Shown: one piece after another, positions 9,214-19,754 of the stretch
Numbering within the stretch: position 1 is the first letter of the stretch
How the letters are laid out: every line of letters begins with the position of its first letter
Source: an uncultured Rhodospirillaceae bacterium
Lineage (GTDB): Bacteria > Pseudomonadota > Alphaproteobacteria > Rhodospirillales > UBA2165
DNA: 64,000 bases
Direction: 5' to 3'
NCBI GenBank assembly: GCA_964611435.1
Contig: CAZSXT010000005.1
Span: 88,290 to 152,289 of the forward strand
Position numbers and translations under genes: made by a program
Notes under the pieces: model-generated
Told to the model about the DNA's origin: nothing
Database searches by the model: none
Seen by the model: only the letters and a program-made list of their open reading frames with translations

Positions 9214-10019
9214 CCGGACCCGGCGGAAAGGGGCTCGTAATATTCAGGCGTAAATCCGGCGGCGTCCCGGGCTGCTTTTGCAAACGGCGGTTTCAGCTCG
9301 CCCTTGAAGCGAGAGCGAACCAGCGACTGAAACGTCTCCACGGGGTCGAGTTTCCGATACCGGCAAATCTCTTCGAACCAACGGACACCGGCCGCGACAT
9401 GGGCGACTTCCTCCCGCGCAATGACAGAGAGAATGCCGACGGCCTTTTCGTCGCCGGCGGCGGTCAATTTCTCCATCGCCATGGGCGTAGTGTCCAACCC
9501 TCGCGCTTCGAGAACCAACGGCACCAACGCCAGTCTTGCCAAAATATCGTCGGTGGTTGCAGCAGCGGCTTCCCATAGACCGTCATGGGCAGGCAGGTCG
9601 CCATAGGCTGCGCCATGGGCCTCTAGGTATCCGGCCAGCAGGGAAAAGTGCCGGGCTTCATCCCGCGCCACATCCACCCAATCGTCGAAGAATTTTTTGG
9701 GCATGTCAGGTGCGCCAAAACGCGCGATCAGGTCCCAGGCAAGGTCGATGGCGTTTAATTCGATATGGGCAATGGCGTGTATGAAAGCGATCCGGCCTGT
9801 GGGACTATTCACCCGGCGGCGCGGCATGTCCCTGGGCGGGCGGAGTTCAGGGTGGTCCGGTCGGGCTGGACGTTCGGGCGGGTGGGCGTCCCCTGTTTCT
9901 GCAAATTCGCCGCCGCGCCAGGCTTGCGCGATCTCGACCGAGAGCCGGGCTTTCTCCGCCGGATCAGGGCATTGTAGGACGCGGCAGGCCTCTTCCCGCA
10001 ATGTGCTCCAATCGGTCAC
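9210..10019 (-). CDS. ferritin-like diiron protein, DUF455 family
   Basis: 269-aa ORF with paired ExxH-type ligand motifs (DEARHF, REEVAHV) plus [12 protein letters not shown] and LVLEARGLD. Its GTG start overlaps the glnE stop (GTGA). Confidence 0.75.
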   Translation of the reverse strand: MTDWSTLREEACRVLQCPDPAEKARLSVEIAQAWRGGEFAETGDAHPPERPARPDHPELRPPRDMPRRRVNSPTGRIAFIHAIAHIELNAIDLAWDLIARFGAPDMPKKFFDDWVDVARDEARHFSLLAGYLEAHGAAYGDLPAHDGLWEAAAATTDDILARLALVPLVLEARGLDTTPMAMEKLTAAGDEKAVGILSVIAREEVAHVAAGVRWFEEICRYRKLDPVETFQSLVRSRFKGELKPPFAKAARDAAGFTPEYYEPLSAGSG

Positions 10020-13000
10020 GCTGGATCGGGGAGATGGCGTTGGTAAATGTCGCTAACGGCAGACGCGCTGGCATTCAAAGAGTCGACCAAGTCGTCAATT
10101 CCGTCGCATTGTCCCACTTGCGACATGATGATCTGAAGCGCGCGAGGCACCTCGTCGGCATTGGTCGGCCGGAAATCGCCGGCAATGGTGAGGCGCAGCA
10201 GGCCCTGAACCGCTTGGTACAGATCGAGCGCCTCAATTAGAGAGGTGGCTTCGCTGGCCTCGACAAGATCCGCCTTTGACAGATTATCGAGTGCTGTTCG
10301 GGTGTTTTGCGACAGGATGCCGGGATTTTCATGGGCATGGAGAAGCTGCAGGTATTGAGCAACGAACTCCACATCCAATAAGCCGCCTCTCACATACTTG
10401 ATATCCCAAACGGATTCGGTGTGGCGTTCTCCATCGATCCTTTGGCGCATCTCGGCGATATCGGTTCTCAAAGTCTTGGGATCGCGCTTGCGAGTTAGGT
10501 TCTCCCGGATGATGGCGTCGGTTTTTTCTGCCAGGGACGAGGACGCGCCCAGAACGCGGGACCGGGAAAGCGCCATTTGCTCCCACGTCCATGCGGCTTC
10601 CTCCTGATATTTCGAAAACCCAGAAATATGAGAGGCAATCGGACCGGCATTGCCCGATGGCCGCAATCGCATATCGATTTCATAGAGTTTGCCGTTGGCC
10701 GTCGGTGCGGTGACCGCGTTGATCAGGCGTTGGGTCAGGCGGGCATAATATTGGCCGATAGAGAGCGGCTTTTCACCATCCGATTGTGAAGCGTTCTCGT
10801 CATGATCATAGACAATGATGAGATCGAGATCAGATGCGGGGGTCATTTCCCGGCCGCCCAGCTTGCCCATGGCCAGAATAAGCCAGTTGCCGCCCGGAAC
10901 TATTCCGTGCTGGGCTTGGAATTCTTCTTCCACTTTCGCCTGGAGGCTGGTCAGGGAAGCCTCCGCGATATCGCTATAGCCCCGGCAAATGGTCTGCCAG
11001 TCCGATAGATTTTTCAGCGCCTGCACACCCAGTTGGAGCCGCCGGTCATTGCTCCATACGCGGACGGCATCGAGTATCTCCTCGAAATAGTCGCAGCGCG
11101 ACAGCCGTCCACCAAGCTCTTCCTTCAATCCTTCCAATGGCGGCAGTTGTTCGTAGAAATCTGGTTCAAGAACGCTATCCAGGCAACTGGGATGCCGCCC
11201 TAAGTGTTCTGCCAGTTTCGGCGCGCTGCCCATGATCTCGGCCAGCAGACTGAGTAGCGGCGGATGAGCCCGGAACAGGGAAAAGAGCTGGATGCCGGAC
11301 GGCAAGCCCGAGAGAAAAGCGTCAAACCGCCGAAAGGCGCCATCTGGATCAGGGGTTGAACCGAATACGGCGATCAGTTCCGGCGCGAGCTCGGTCATGA
11401 TCTGCCGCGCTCGTTCTGTCGCGGTGGCGCGGTAGCGGCCCCGGTGCCAGCCCCGGACGGTTTCAATTACCAAGGGCGGATTTTCGAATCCAAGCCGCGA
11501 CAAGGTTTGTACTGTATCGGGATCATCATCGCTGCCGGTGAAACTCAGATTGCCGCCAACTTCATCGGCGTGGCTCAACTCCGCCGCTTCCTCGAACAGG
11601 CGTGCATAGTGAGTTTCTACCCGGCGCAGGTGAAACAATATCTCCTCGCGGAACGTCTCAACCTGCGCATGGCCCATGAAGGCGGCAAATTTCATGAGTT
11701 CGTCTTGGCCTTCCGGCAGGGTGTGGGTTTGCTGGTCTTCCATCATCTGCAACCGGTGTTCCACCGTGCGAAGATACCAATAAGTCTCGGTGAGGTCGGC
11801 GGCCGTTCCGGGCTCAACCTGGCCAGCCTCCACCAGTCGGATCAAAGCGCCGCACGTCGTCTGTTCCCGCAAACTCGGATCACGACCGCCCCAGATAAGT
11901 TGTTGGGTTTGGGCATAGAACTCGATCTCGCGAATGCCACCCCGGCCCAGTTTGACATTATGCCCTTCAACGGCGATAGCGCTGCCACCCCGGTGGGAGT
12001 TGATTTGCCGTTTGATGGAATGAATGTCCTCAATGGCGGCAAAGTCCAAATTCTTCCGCCAAACAAAGGGCTGCAGACGCTGCAGGAACAATTCGCCGGC
12101 AGCCGTGTCGCCGGCAATTTGCCGCGCCTTGATCATGACGGCCCGTTCCCAGTTCTGCCCCATGCTTTCATAGTAAGTTTCCGCCGCATCCACCGAAATG
12201 GCCAGCGGGGTAGAGCTCGGATCGGGGCGCAGTCGCAGATCAGTGCGGAACACGTATCCATCGGCCGTTCGCTCCGACAGCATGGTGACCAGGTCTCGGG
12301 TCAGGCGCACGAACTGCCGGTTCAGATTGTCGGGATTATCGGTGTCGATGACGTCACGATCATAGAACACCATCAGATCAATATCGCTGGAGTAATTGAG
12401 TTCATAAGCGCCAAGCTTTCCCATGCCCAGAACGATAAAGCCGGAGCCGTTCTCCGGATCGGTTTCATCGGTCAGCGAGAAGGCCCCCAACTTGGCGTAT
12501 TTGCGCAATAGCACCGACGTTGCGGCCCGGACCGCGTCGCCGGCGACGCGGCTGATGTGTGCGGTGACATCCGCCGGTTCCAAAGTTCCCGAAAGGTCAC
12601 CCAGCGCAATGGCGGTAGAGGCCAATTTTTTTAGGTTTCGTAAACGTTTCGAGGCATAAGATTCTTCGGACAACAACAAATCTTCGGAGGTCAGCGCAGC
12701 GAAACAATCCGCCAGAACGTTATCCGGTCCGTTCTCGATCATGGAGACGAACTCAACCGGACAAGTAATGGCGCTTTGGGTCAGGAAGGGGGATGCGCCG
12801 AACACGGCTTCGATAAAGTTTCTTTTTTCCCCATCCGCCAGAACCGCTTCAAAGCGGGAGCCCAGCGTTTCATCTTCGCATTGACCTACGGCCTGGCTAA
12901 GCCGTTCCAACCCGATCTGGGCGTGATCAGGGTCAGCGGCAACTGGAAGCCGGGGGTGATTAACGATAGTATCTGGTGGTGGCATGGCAGACCGTTCTTT

Positions 13001-13036
13001 TGCGAACAGACTGCTTGAACCTTTCATTGTGGTCAA
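10016..13036 (-). CDS. glnE: bifunctional glutamine synthetase adenylyltransferase / adenylyl-removing enzyme
   Basis: About 1000-aa ORF with two nucleotidyltransferase cores, GMGKLGAYELNYSSDIDLMVFYD and AMGKLGGREMTPASDLDLIIVYD. The exact start is uncertain; alternative in-frame Met codons follow. Confidence 0.93.
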   Translation of the reverse strand: MTTMKGSSSLFAKERSAMPPPDTIVNHPRLPVAADPDHAQIGLERLSQAVGQCEDETLGSRFEAVLADGEKRNFIEAVFGASPFLTQSAITCPVEFVSMIENGPDNVLADCFAALTSEDLLLSEESYASKRLRNLKKLASTAIALGDLSGTLEPADVTAHISRVAGDAVRAATSVLLRKYAKLGAFSLTDETDPENGSGFIVLGMGKLGAYELNYSSDIDLMVFYDRDVIDTDNPDNLNRQFVRLTRDLVTMLSERTADGYVFRTDLRLRPDPSSTPLAISVDAAETYYESMGQNWERAVMIKARQIAGDTAAGELFLQRLQPFVWRKNLDFAAIEDIHSIKRQINSHRGGSAIAVEGHNVKLGRGGIREIEFYAQTQQLIWGGRDPSLREQTTCGALIRLVEAGQVEPGTAADLTETYWYLRTVEHRLQMMEDQQTHTLPEGQDELMKFAAFMGHAQVETFREEILFHLRRVETHYARLFEEAAELSHADEVGGNLSFTGSDDDPDTVQTLSRLGFENPPLVIETVRGWHRGRYRATATERARQIMTELAPELIAVFGSTPDPDGAFRRFDAFLSGLPSGIQLFSLFRAHPPLLSLLAEIMGSAPKLAEHLGRHPSCLDSVLEPDFYEQLPPLEGLKEELGGRLSRCDYFEEILDAVRVWSNDRRLQLGVQALKNLSDWQTICRGYSDIAEASLTSLQAKVEEEFQAQHGIVPGGNWLILAMGKLGGREMTPASDLDLIIVYDHDENASQSDGEKPLSIGQYYARLTQRLINAVTAPTANGKLYEIDMRLRPSGNAGPIASHISGFSKYQEEAAWTWEQMALSRSRVLGASSSLAEKTDAIIRENLTRKRDPKTLRTDIAEMRQRIDGERHTESVWDIKYVRGGLLDVEFVAQYLQLLHAHENPGILSQNTRTALDNLSKADLVEASEATSLIEALDLYQAVQGLLRLTIAGDFRPTNADEVPRALQIIMSQVGQCDGIDDLVDSLNASASAVSDIYQRHLPDPA

Positions 13037-13092
13037 GAAAACCTGCGGTCGATGATAATATGTTTTCTAGCCCTGTCATAACCTAGGTCGAG

Positions 13093-16000
13093 ATGGAAGA
13101 AGATAACACACAACAACAGTCCAAGAGCCGCTTTCTTGGGCGAACCCTCCGTTGGACGCTTCAATTAACGGGGGTCCTCGTCGTGGGCGTCGCGATCCTC
13201 ACCGGCGTCGTGGCCTGGCGCCTGACATCCGGCCCTCTGTCGATTGGCTTTCTTACGCCTTACTTCGAACGTGCGCTGAGTGACAGCAATAAGTCGTTCC
13301 AAATTGATGTTGACGATACGATTTTGACGTGGATCGGCGGTGATCGGACAATGGATATACGCCTCGTCGGCTCCCGAATTTTAAACGCCGACGGAAACCT
13401 CGTGGCGCAAATCCCTGATCTGTCGGTTGCGTTGAGTGCCAAGAGTTTACTGCGCGGTAACATTGTTCCGCAAAGCCTGTCGGTTCTCAATCCATCCCTC
13501 CGCGTGGTTCGACGGTTTGACGGATCGCTGGATGTGGGCATGGGTGAAAGCGATCAATCCGGCAACGAATTTTCGCAAAGATTTTTCCAGGAATTGTTTC
13601 TCAAGCCGGACCGGGAGCGGCAGTTCGGATTTTTGACCCGCGTGGAAATTGTGAACGGCTCTCTGTTGATAGATGACCGTAGGCTGGGTGTTGTCTGGCG
13701 CGCTCCCCGGGCGAATATGTCTCTCTCCAGGGACCATGACGGATTGAACGGCTGGGCGGATCTAGATGTCCGTCTCGGCGGGAAGACGGCCAAGCTGACC
13801 GCGGCCGGGTCGTTCTCGGCCAGTGATCCGAATATCCCGCTCTCCGTGACATACAGCAATGTGGCGCCGGCGGCCCTGGCGGCTATCTCACCGCAATTTG
13901 ATGTGTTCAGGAATCTAAATCTGCCCTTGCGCGGCCAGGCTAATCTGGTGGTCCGGCGGGATGGTTCGGTGGTCGAGAGCAAGTTCAAGGTTCGGGGCGG
14001 CGCCGGCACGGTTGAGTTACCGCTGCCGAACCCGATCGTTCTGAATCTTCAGTCGGCGATTTTCGAAGGCTCCTATGATTCGACCCGTGAGCACGTGGAG
14101 ATGAGTGATCTAACCCTGGATTTCGGTGAGAGGGGAGAGCTCCGGTTGCCGGCGCCCGCCAACCACGCATTTCCGGTTCAACGGATCAAGGCTGCGGGAA
14201 GTTTTACCATTCCGACTTCCCGCTTCGAGTTACGCCGGATGACGGCCGATCTTGGCATTGCGACCGCGCGAATCGACGCCATCGTTCACGAAATCGCGGG
14301 TCATTACTCGCTTGTCGCCAGTGGGGAAATCGAAGATGTAAAAGTTGCGACCTTCGATCAGTTATGGCCGGAGACCTGGGGTAATCTTACCCGAACTTGG
14401 ATCAAGAAAAACATTACTGACGGCGAGATGCCATTGGCGCGGGCGAAACTAAATGGCCGGTGGGTCAAGGGCCTCGGATTCCAAGTGGATTCGCTGATCG
14501 GGGACATGTTCCTCAGCGATATGACGGTTGATTATCTCTCACCGATGCCAGAAGCCGTTCACGCACATGGCCGGGCAAAGTTTGATCAAAAGAGTTTCGA
14601 AATCAATGTGGATGAAGGTGAAGTCGCAGGACTGGCTGTTACCGGCGGGCGTATACTATTCACGGATTTGGATAAATACGATCAGTTCGCGGACATAGAA
14701 CTCTATTTCCGAGGCGCGGTGCAGAACGCTTTAAAACTTATTGATCATGAGCCGCTTAAGTTCGCCGAAGCTGTTGGTTTCGAAACCGCAAATGCGAAGG
14801 GTGAGGCGACAGGCCGTATTAGTCTGAACTTCCTGCTGGAGCGGACGATGACCCAGGACTCTGTTAAGGTCCGCGCAAGTTCCAAGCTTAAAAATGTCGC
14901 CATGGATGGCTTTGTCGCCGGGTTGGATATCGACGATGGCGAGTTCACCCTTACCGCGGACAATCAGAAGCTTGATGTTGTGGGCAGGGCTAAGTTGGCT
15001 AACGTCGATGCCACGCTGTCTTGGCGGGAAATTTTTGCTGCGGACGCGTCCACGAAACGGAGCTACATGGCCCGCGCCAGATTGTCCGAGAGCGACTGGC
15101 GCCGTCTGCTATTCTTGGAAAATGTTCCCTCGGTAGGCGACTATATCTCCGGTCCGATTCAAGCCGATGTGGATGTGGATTTCGATCAACAGGAGCGGGG
15201 GGTTGTCTCAGCACGCCTCAATCTCGCGCAAACAAATTTGGCCATTCCGGAATTTGCTTGGCGTAAGTCGCCGAGGGTTCAGGCGCTCGCGGAAGTGAAA
15301 GCCAACTTGACCGGCAATAGACTCAGTAGGATTTCAGAAATCAAGGTGAACGGCGGGGGGCTCGAAATTGAGGCGTCGGCGGATATGGATTCGTCCGGCG
15401 GGTTGACGGAAGTCACGTTTGGGAAAGTCCGCTTCGGCGGCAATGATCTTCGCGGCAGTCTCCGGCCGGCGGACGGCGGTTGGCGCGTTTCCGTTGCCGG
15501 AGATCGGTTGGACCTCGTTGCCTTGTTGGAAGACCAAGCCGACGACGAGGACGGCCGGGACACGCCCCCCGTCAGGATCAATTTGGATGTAGATCAGGTG
15601 CGGCTATATCCCGGAAAGTCTCTTTCAAGTGTCAAGGGAGACTTGTTTCACAGTGGACGGATTTGGCGCAGTATGTCGCTGGAAGCGCAGTTGCCGAACC
15701 GCCGGTCGCTGGTGGTTAAAATGCTGCCGCAGAACGGTAAGCGCATCCTGCAGGTGGCCGCCAAGGACGCAGGCGAGATGCTCCAGGTCTTCGATATTTA
15801 CGATAATATTGTCGGCGGACAACTCGGCCTGAAGGCGGAGTTCGAAGATGATACACCTCGGTCAAAAGTCTCCGGCAGCGTGGCGATTGAGAGTTTCCGT
15901 TTGATTGACGCACCGGTCATGGCGCGCCTGCTGGGTGTGGCTTCTATTGTTGGTATTCCCGACGGGTTGACCGGCACAGGCCTCTCCTTCCAGCAGATGA

Positions 16001-16395
16001 ACCTCCCCTTTACGCTCGAAAACCATGTCATCGAAATCAAAGACGGCAAGGCCGGCGGGTTCAATCTGGGCATAACCGCGAGCGGCACTGTCGATACCAA
16101 GGCCGACCTGATTGATATCAAAGGATCGATTGCGCCCTTGGACAAACTCAACAGCCTATTGGGCAATATCCCCTTGTTGGGCGTTTTCTTCTCCGCCGGT
16201 GAAAAGGGCGGCGGCGTGTTCGCAGCTGAATACACGATGAAGGGCGACGTAAAAGACCCGGAAATTACCGCGAATCCGCTGACCGCACTGACACCCGGTA
16301 TTTTCAGGCGTATTTTTGATGTGTTTGATGTTAAGGAGCCAGGGCCCGGAGAGGGACCTCAGCCTGAAATACCTGAATCCGATCTGGCCAAATAG
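13093..16395 (+). CDS. large AsmA/YhdP-like (DUF3971-type) envelope protein
   Basis: 1100-aa ORF with one N-terminal TM helix (LTGVLVVGVAILTGVVAW) and a long beta-rich body. The conserved AsmA-like C-terminus reads GNIPLLGVFFSAGEKGGGVFAAEYTMKGDVKDPEITANPLTALTPGIFRRIF. Confidence 0.75.
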   Translation: MEEDNTQQQSKSRFLGRTLRWTLQLTGVLVVGVAILTGVVAWRLTSGPLSIGFLTPYFERALSDSNKSFQIDVDDTILTWIGGDRTMDIRLVGSRILNADGNLVAQIPDLSVALSAKSLLRGNIVPQSLSVLNPSLRVVRRFDGSLDVGMGESDQSGNEFSQRFFQELFLKPDRERQFGFLTRVEIVNGSLLIDDRRLGVVWRAPRANMSLSRDHDGLNGWADLDVRLGGKTAKLTAAGSFSASDPNIPLSVTYSNVAPAALAAISPQFDVFRNLNLPLRGQANLVVRRDGSVVESKFKVRGGAGTVELPLPNPIVLNLQSAIFEGSYDSTREHVEMSDLTLDFGERGELRLPAPANHAFPVQRIKAAGSFTIPTSRFELRRMTADLGIATARIDAIVHEIAGHYSLVASGEIEDVKVATFDQLWPETWGNLTRTWIKKNITDGEMPLARAKLNGRWVKGLGFQVDSLIGDMFLSDMTVDYLSPMPEAVHAHGRAKFDQKSFEINVDEGEVAGLAVTGGRILFTDLDKYDQFADIELYFRGAVQNALKLIDHEPLKFAEAVGFETANAKGEATGRISLNFLLERTMTQDSVKVRASSKLKNVAMDGFVAGLDIDDGEFTLTADNQKLDVVGRAKLANVDATLSWREIFAADASTKRSYMARARLSESDWRRLLFLENVPSVGDYISGPIQADVDVDFDQQERGVVSARLNLAQTNLAIPEFAWRKSPRVQALAEVKANLTGNRLSRISEIKVNGGGLEIEASADMDSSGGLTEVTFGKVRFGGNDLRGSLRPADGGWRVSVAGDRLDLVALLEDQADDEDGRDTPPVRINLDVDQVRLYPGKSLSSVKGDLFHSGRIWRSMSLEAQLPNRRSLVVKMLPQNGKRILQVAAKDAGEMLQVFDIYDNIVGGQLGLKAEFEDDTPRSKVSGSVAIESFRLIDAPVMARLLGVASIVGIPDGLTGTGLSFQQMNLPFTLENHVIEIKDGKAGGFNLGITASGTVDTKADLIDIKGSIAPLDKLNSLLGNIPLLGVFFSAGEKGGGVFAAEYTMKGDVKDPEITANPLTALTPGIFRRIFDVFDVKEPGPGEGPQPEIPESDLAK

Positions 16396-16407
16396 CTTTT
16401 CCGCCGT

Positions 16408-17661
16408 TTAAACCGACTTTACCAGCACGTGCCGCTTCTTGCCGGCCGAGAGTTTGATGACGCCATCACCATTGATGTCGGCGCTGGAAATAGCCTGCAT
16501 TTCGTTGCTGACGGACACGTCATTTACCCGTGCGCCATTTCCCTGAATGAGCTTTCGCGCCTTTCCCTTGGACTCAGCCAGGCCGGCCTGGTGGAAAAGC
16601 TCAAAAGCGGCAATGCCGTCATTCAGTGAAGCGGCTGCTACCTCTATCGTTGGCAGATCCTCGCCGGCGCCTCCGTCAGCAAAGGTCTGACGCGCCGTCT
16701 CCGCCGCCGCCGCTGCGGCTTCATCGCCATGGCACATGCCGGTCACTTCGTTGGCCAGGATGATTTTGGCCTCGTTGATCTCGGCGCCGTCCAGGGCTTC
16801 CAGCCTGGCGATCTCGTTCAAGGGTAACTCCGTGAACAGCCGGAGGAACCGGCCAACGTCGGCATCCTCGGTGTTCCGCCAATACTGCCAGAACTCGTAG
16901 GCAGAGAGCTGCTGCTCATCAAGCCAAACCGCGCCGGCGGCGGTCTTCCCCATCTTGGCGCCCGACGAGGTGGTCAATAACGGGCTGGTCAAACCGAACA
17001 ATTGCTTAGCATCGACCCGGCGCCCGAGTTCGACCCCGTTTACAATATTTCCCCACTGATCCGAGCCGCCCATCTGCATGGTGCAGTTGTACCGCCGCGA
17101 GAGTTCCAGGAAGTCATAGGCCTGGAGGATCATATAGTTGAACTCCAGGAAGGTCAGTGGCTGTTCACGATCCAGGCGCAGCTTCACGCTGTCGAAGGTC
17201 AACATGCGGTTGATGGTAAAGTGCGGACCGTAATCCCGGAGAAAATCAATGTAGGCCAATTCGTCCAGCCAGTCGGCGTTATTCGCCATAACCGCGTCCG
17301 AAACACCGTTTCCGAAGGTTAGGTATTTGGAGAAGATCGTTTTAATCCCCTCCATATTCTCGTTGATTTTTTCGACGGTCAGAAGCTGCCGGCTTTCGTC
17401 CTTACCGGAGGGATCACCGACCTTGGTCGTGCCGCCGCCCATCAGCACAATAGGCTGGTGCCCGGTTTGCTGCAGCCAGCGCAAAAGCATTACCGGCAGC
17501 AGGCTGCCCACGTGCAGGCTCGGCGCCGTGCAGTCGAAACCGATATAGGCCGTGATGGTTTCCGTGGCGGCTTTCTTGTCCAGCGCCTCGATGTCGGTGC
17601 ACTGATGCAGAAACCCCCGTTCGGTCACGGTATGTACAAAGTCTGACTTGTATTTGGCCAA
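16408..17661 (-). CDS. tyrS: tyrosine--tRNA ligase
   Basis: 417-aa ORF with class I motifs ([10 protein letters not shown] as the HIGH variant, KMGKT as KMSKS) and a C-terminal S4-like domain. Confidence 0.95.
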   Translation of the reverse strand: MAKYKSDFVHTVTERGFLHQCTDIEALDKKAATETITAYIGFDCTAPSLHVGSLLPVMLLRWLQQTGHQPIVLMGGGTTKVGDPSGKDESRQLLTVEKINENMEGIKTIFSKYLTFGNGVSDAVMANNADWLDELAYIDFLRDYGPHFTINRMLTFDSVKLRLDREQPLTFLEFNYMILQAYDFLELSRRYNCTMQMGGSDQWGNIVNGVELGRRVDAKQLFGLTSPLLTTSSGAKMGKTAAGAVWLDEQQLSAYEFWQYWRNTEDADVGRFLRLFTELPLNEIARLEALDGAEINEAKIILANEVTGMCHGDEAAAAAAETARQTFADGGAGEDLPTIEVAAASLNDGIAAFELFHQAGLAESKGKARKLIQGNGARVNDVSVSNEMQAISSADINGDGVIKLSAGKKRHVLVKSV

Positions 17662-17767
17662 GGCTCATCGTCTCCTGAAACGTACGTATTCCGATCCTTG
17701 CCGGAAGGCCGGTCGTTTAGCACAATCGAACATTGGGTACAATTGTGAGGCGGGACCGGAATTATTC

Positions 17768-18847
17768 ATGTCGGAAAAGATGTTCACCGCGTTGGGGTTG
17801 ATGAGCGGCACATCCATGGACGGGATCGACGCGGCCATCGTCCGGACGGATGGGGGCGAGACGGTTGAGCCAATTGCGTTCCAATCTTTTGCCTATCCTG
17901 AAGACTTCCGCGAGCGGCTGAGGCGATTGATAGACACGGGTGAAGGGCGAGATGAGGTTGAGCGAGACCTCACCGAGCGCCACGCCGAGGCGGTGACGTT
18001 CTGTCTCAAGGCGGGCGCTTTGTTGGCAAATGATCTGGATCTTATTGGATTTCACGGCCACACCATTGATCATGCGCCGGCGGAAGGCCGTACGGTGCAG
18101 ATTGGCGATGGGCAATATCTGGCAAGCCGCATCGGGGTCCCTGTAATCAATGATTTCCGGACTAATGATGTGGCCCAAGGAGGAGAAGGTGCACCCTTCG
18201 CCCCCGCCTATCATCGAATTTTGACAGTGGGAATGCCCCGGCCGACGGTGGTGTTGAATCTGGGCGGGGTCGGTAACGTGACGTGGATCGGCGGCGACGG
18301 GGAGGGGGCGCTGCTGGCCTTTGATACGGGGCCGGGGAATGCCTTGATTGATGACTGGGTCCTGGCCGCGACCGGAGAGCCCTACGATGATGATGGAAAT
18401 TTGGCAGCCATGGGGACTGTTGACCGGACCGCCCTGGCGGCGCTTTTGGCTCATCCTTATTTCCAATTACCCCCGCCCAAGTCATTGGACCGGAACGATT
18501 TCGATCCGTCGCCGGTGAATGGTTTGTCGCTGGAAGACGGCGCGGCGACCCTTGGCGCGTTCACGGTGGAGACCATTGCCCGCGCCACAGCATTCTTTCC
18601 GGCGCCGGCGCTGCGTTGGATTGTCTGCGGCGGCGGACGCAAGAACAGTTGGCTGATCGAAGAATTGAGCAGAGCCCTTGGCGTGGACGTTGACTCGGCC
18701 GAGGAGGTGGGCTGGAACGGTGACGCGGTCGAGGCCGAGGCGTTTGCTTTCCTTGCGGTGAGGTCGCATCTAGGCCTGCCGCTCAGCTATCCGGGCACGA
18801 CAAAAGTTCCGGCCCCGGCGACCGGCGGGGTCCGGCACGACCCTTAA
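17768..18847 (+). CDS. anmK: anhydro-N-acetylmuramic acid kinase
   Basis: ORF 17648..18847; the internal ATG at 17768 yields MSEKMFTALGLMSGTSMDGIDAAIV, the usual AnmK N-terminus. A later GGGRKN motif is present. The gene is divergent from tyrS. Confidence 0.88.
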   Translation: MSEKMFTALGLMSGTSMDGIDAAIVRTDGGETVEPIAFQSFAYPEDFRERLRRLIDTGEGRDEVERDLTERHAEAVTFCLKAGALLANDLDLIGFHGHTIDHAPAEGRTVQIGDGQYLASRIGVPVINDFRTNDVAQGGEGAPFAPAYHRILTVGMPRPTVVLNLGGVGNVTWIGGDGEGALLAFDTGPGNALIDDWVLAATGEPYDDDGNLAAMGTVDRTALAALLAHPYFQLPPPKSLDRNDFDPSPVNGLSLEDGAATLGAFTVETIARATAFFPAPALRWIVCGGGRKNSWLIEELSRALGVDVDSAEEVGWNGDAVEAEAFAFLAVRSHLGLPLSYPGTTKVPAPATGGVRHDP

Positions 18848-18853
18848 AGCCGG

Positions 18854-19534
18854 CTAGGCTTTCTTTTTCTTTTTCGCTTTTGGTTTTTCTTCCGGCGGAT
18901 TGAGCGCGGCGTCGAGATAGTTACCCATCGATTTGGACAGGTCTTCAAACTTATCCTGATAGAAGTGATTGGCGCCCTTGATCAAATCCATGGCGACGGA
19001 AATGTTCTTTTGCCCATCAAGCTTGTTGGCCAGCTTCTGCACCGCATCCGAGGGGACGTGTTCGTCCGCATCACCGTGCACGATCAACCCAGAGGACGGG
19101 CACGGGGCCAGAAAGGAAAAATCCTCTGAATGGGCGGGTGGAGAAACGGAGATAAAACCCTCGATTTCCGGCCGGCGCATCATCAACTGCATGGAGATCA
19201 GCGCGCCGAAGGAATAGCCGCCGATCCAGGAGAACGGACTGTTCGGATTGATCTGTTGGATCCAGTCGAACGCGTAGGCCGCATCGCTAAGCTCGCCGAT
19301 ACCGCTGTCGAACACGCCTTGGGATCGGCCGACGCCTCTGAAATTGAAGCGCAGCACGGAAAAACCGTGGTCCGCAAAGCTATTGTACATCGTATAGACG
19401 ATGCGATTGTTCATATTACCGCCGTGCAGCGGGTTGGGATGCAGGACGATGGCGATAGGGGCATCGGCCTTTTTGCTCTGATGATATCGGCCTTCAAGGC
19501 GTCCATCAGGACCATTGAAAATGACTTCAGGCAT
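18854..19534 (-). CDS. alpha/beta hydrolase
   Basis: 226-aa ORF with the nucleophile elbow GGYSFG and the oxyanion-region LHPNPLHGG. It ends in a Lys-rich tail, PPEEKPKAKKKKKA. Confidence 0.8.
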   Translation of the reverse strand: MPEVIFNGPDGRLEGRYHQSKKADAPIAIVLHPNPLHGGNMNNRIVYTMYNSFADHGFSVLRFNFRGVGRSQGVFDSGIGELSDAAYAFDWIQQINPNSPFSWIGGYSFGALISMQLMMRRPEIEGFISVSPPAHSEDFSFLAPCPSSGLIVHGDADEHVPSDAVQKLANKLDGQKNISVAMDLIKGANHFYQDKFEDLSKSMGNYLDAALNPPEEKPKAKKKKKA

Positions 19535-19624
19535 GATTTTCCGGGGTTCGTCTGGTGTCAGGGTTACAATTACCCGACAGATTTAATCCGATATTTGGTT
19601 AATGCAATAACCTTGCGTCCAAAT

Positions 19625-19650
19625 ATTAGTTGACTAAATTAGTCGGAATA
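19625..19650 (+). promoter_or_regulatory. candidate Rrf2/IscR-type operator overlapping a TTGACT -35-like hexamer
   Basis: The sequence ATTAGTTGACTAAATTAGTCGGAATA contains the perfect palindrome GACTAA-A-TTAGTC. It resembles the E. coli type-1 IscR consensus ATASYYGACTRWWWYAGTCRRSTAT and lies about 105 bp upstream of cysE. Confidence 0.45.
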
Positions 19651-19754
19651 GGTACATCGCTGTCGCATATATACGGGTTCCGGCGACAGAACCCAAGCAG
19701 AAAGCTGAGCTGGCGCGGAGAATCCGACGCCTACTGAATAAGGAATAACACCGG

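Noticed and set aside
18857-18893. T/C-rich tract encoding the Lys-rich tail (KPKAKKKKKA) of the 18854..19534 hydrolase, considered as a phase-variable homopolymer.
   Set aside because: The runs are short (five T at most) and interrupted, and the tail is in frame to a normal stop. Nothing suggests slippage-based switching.
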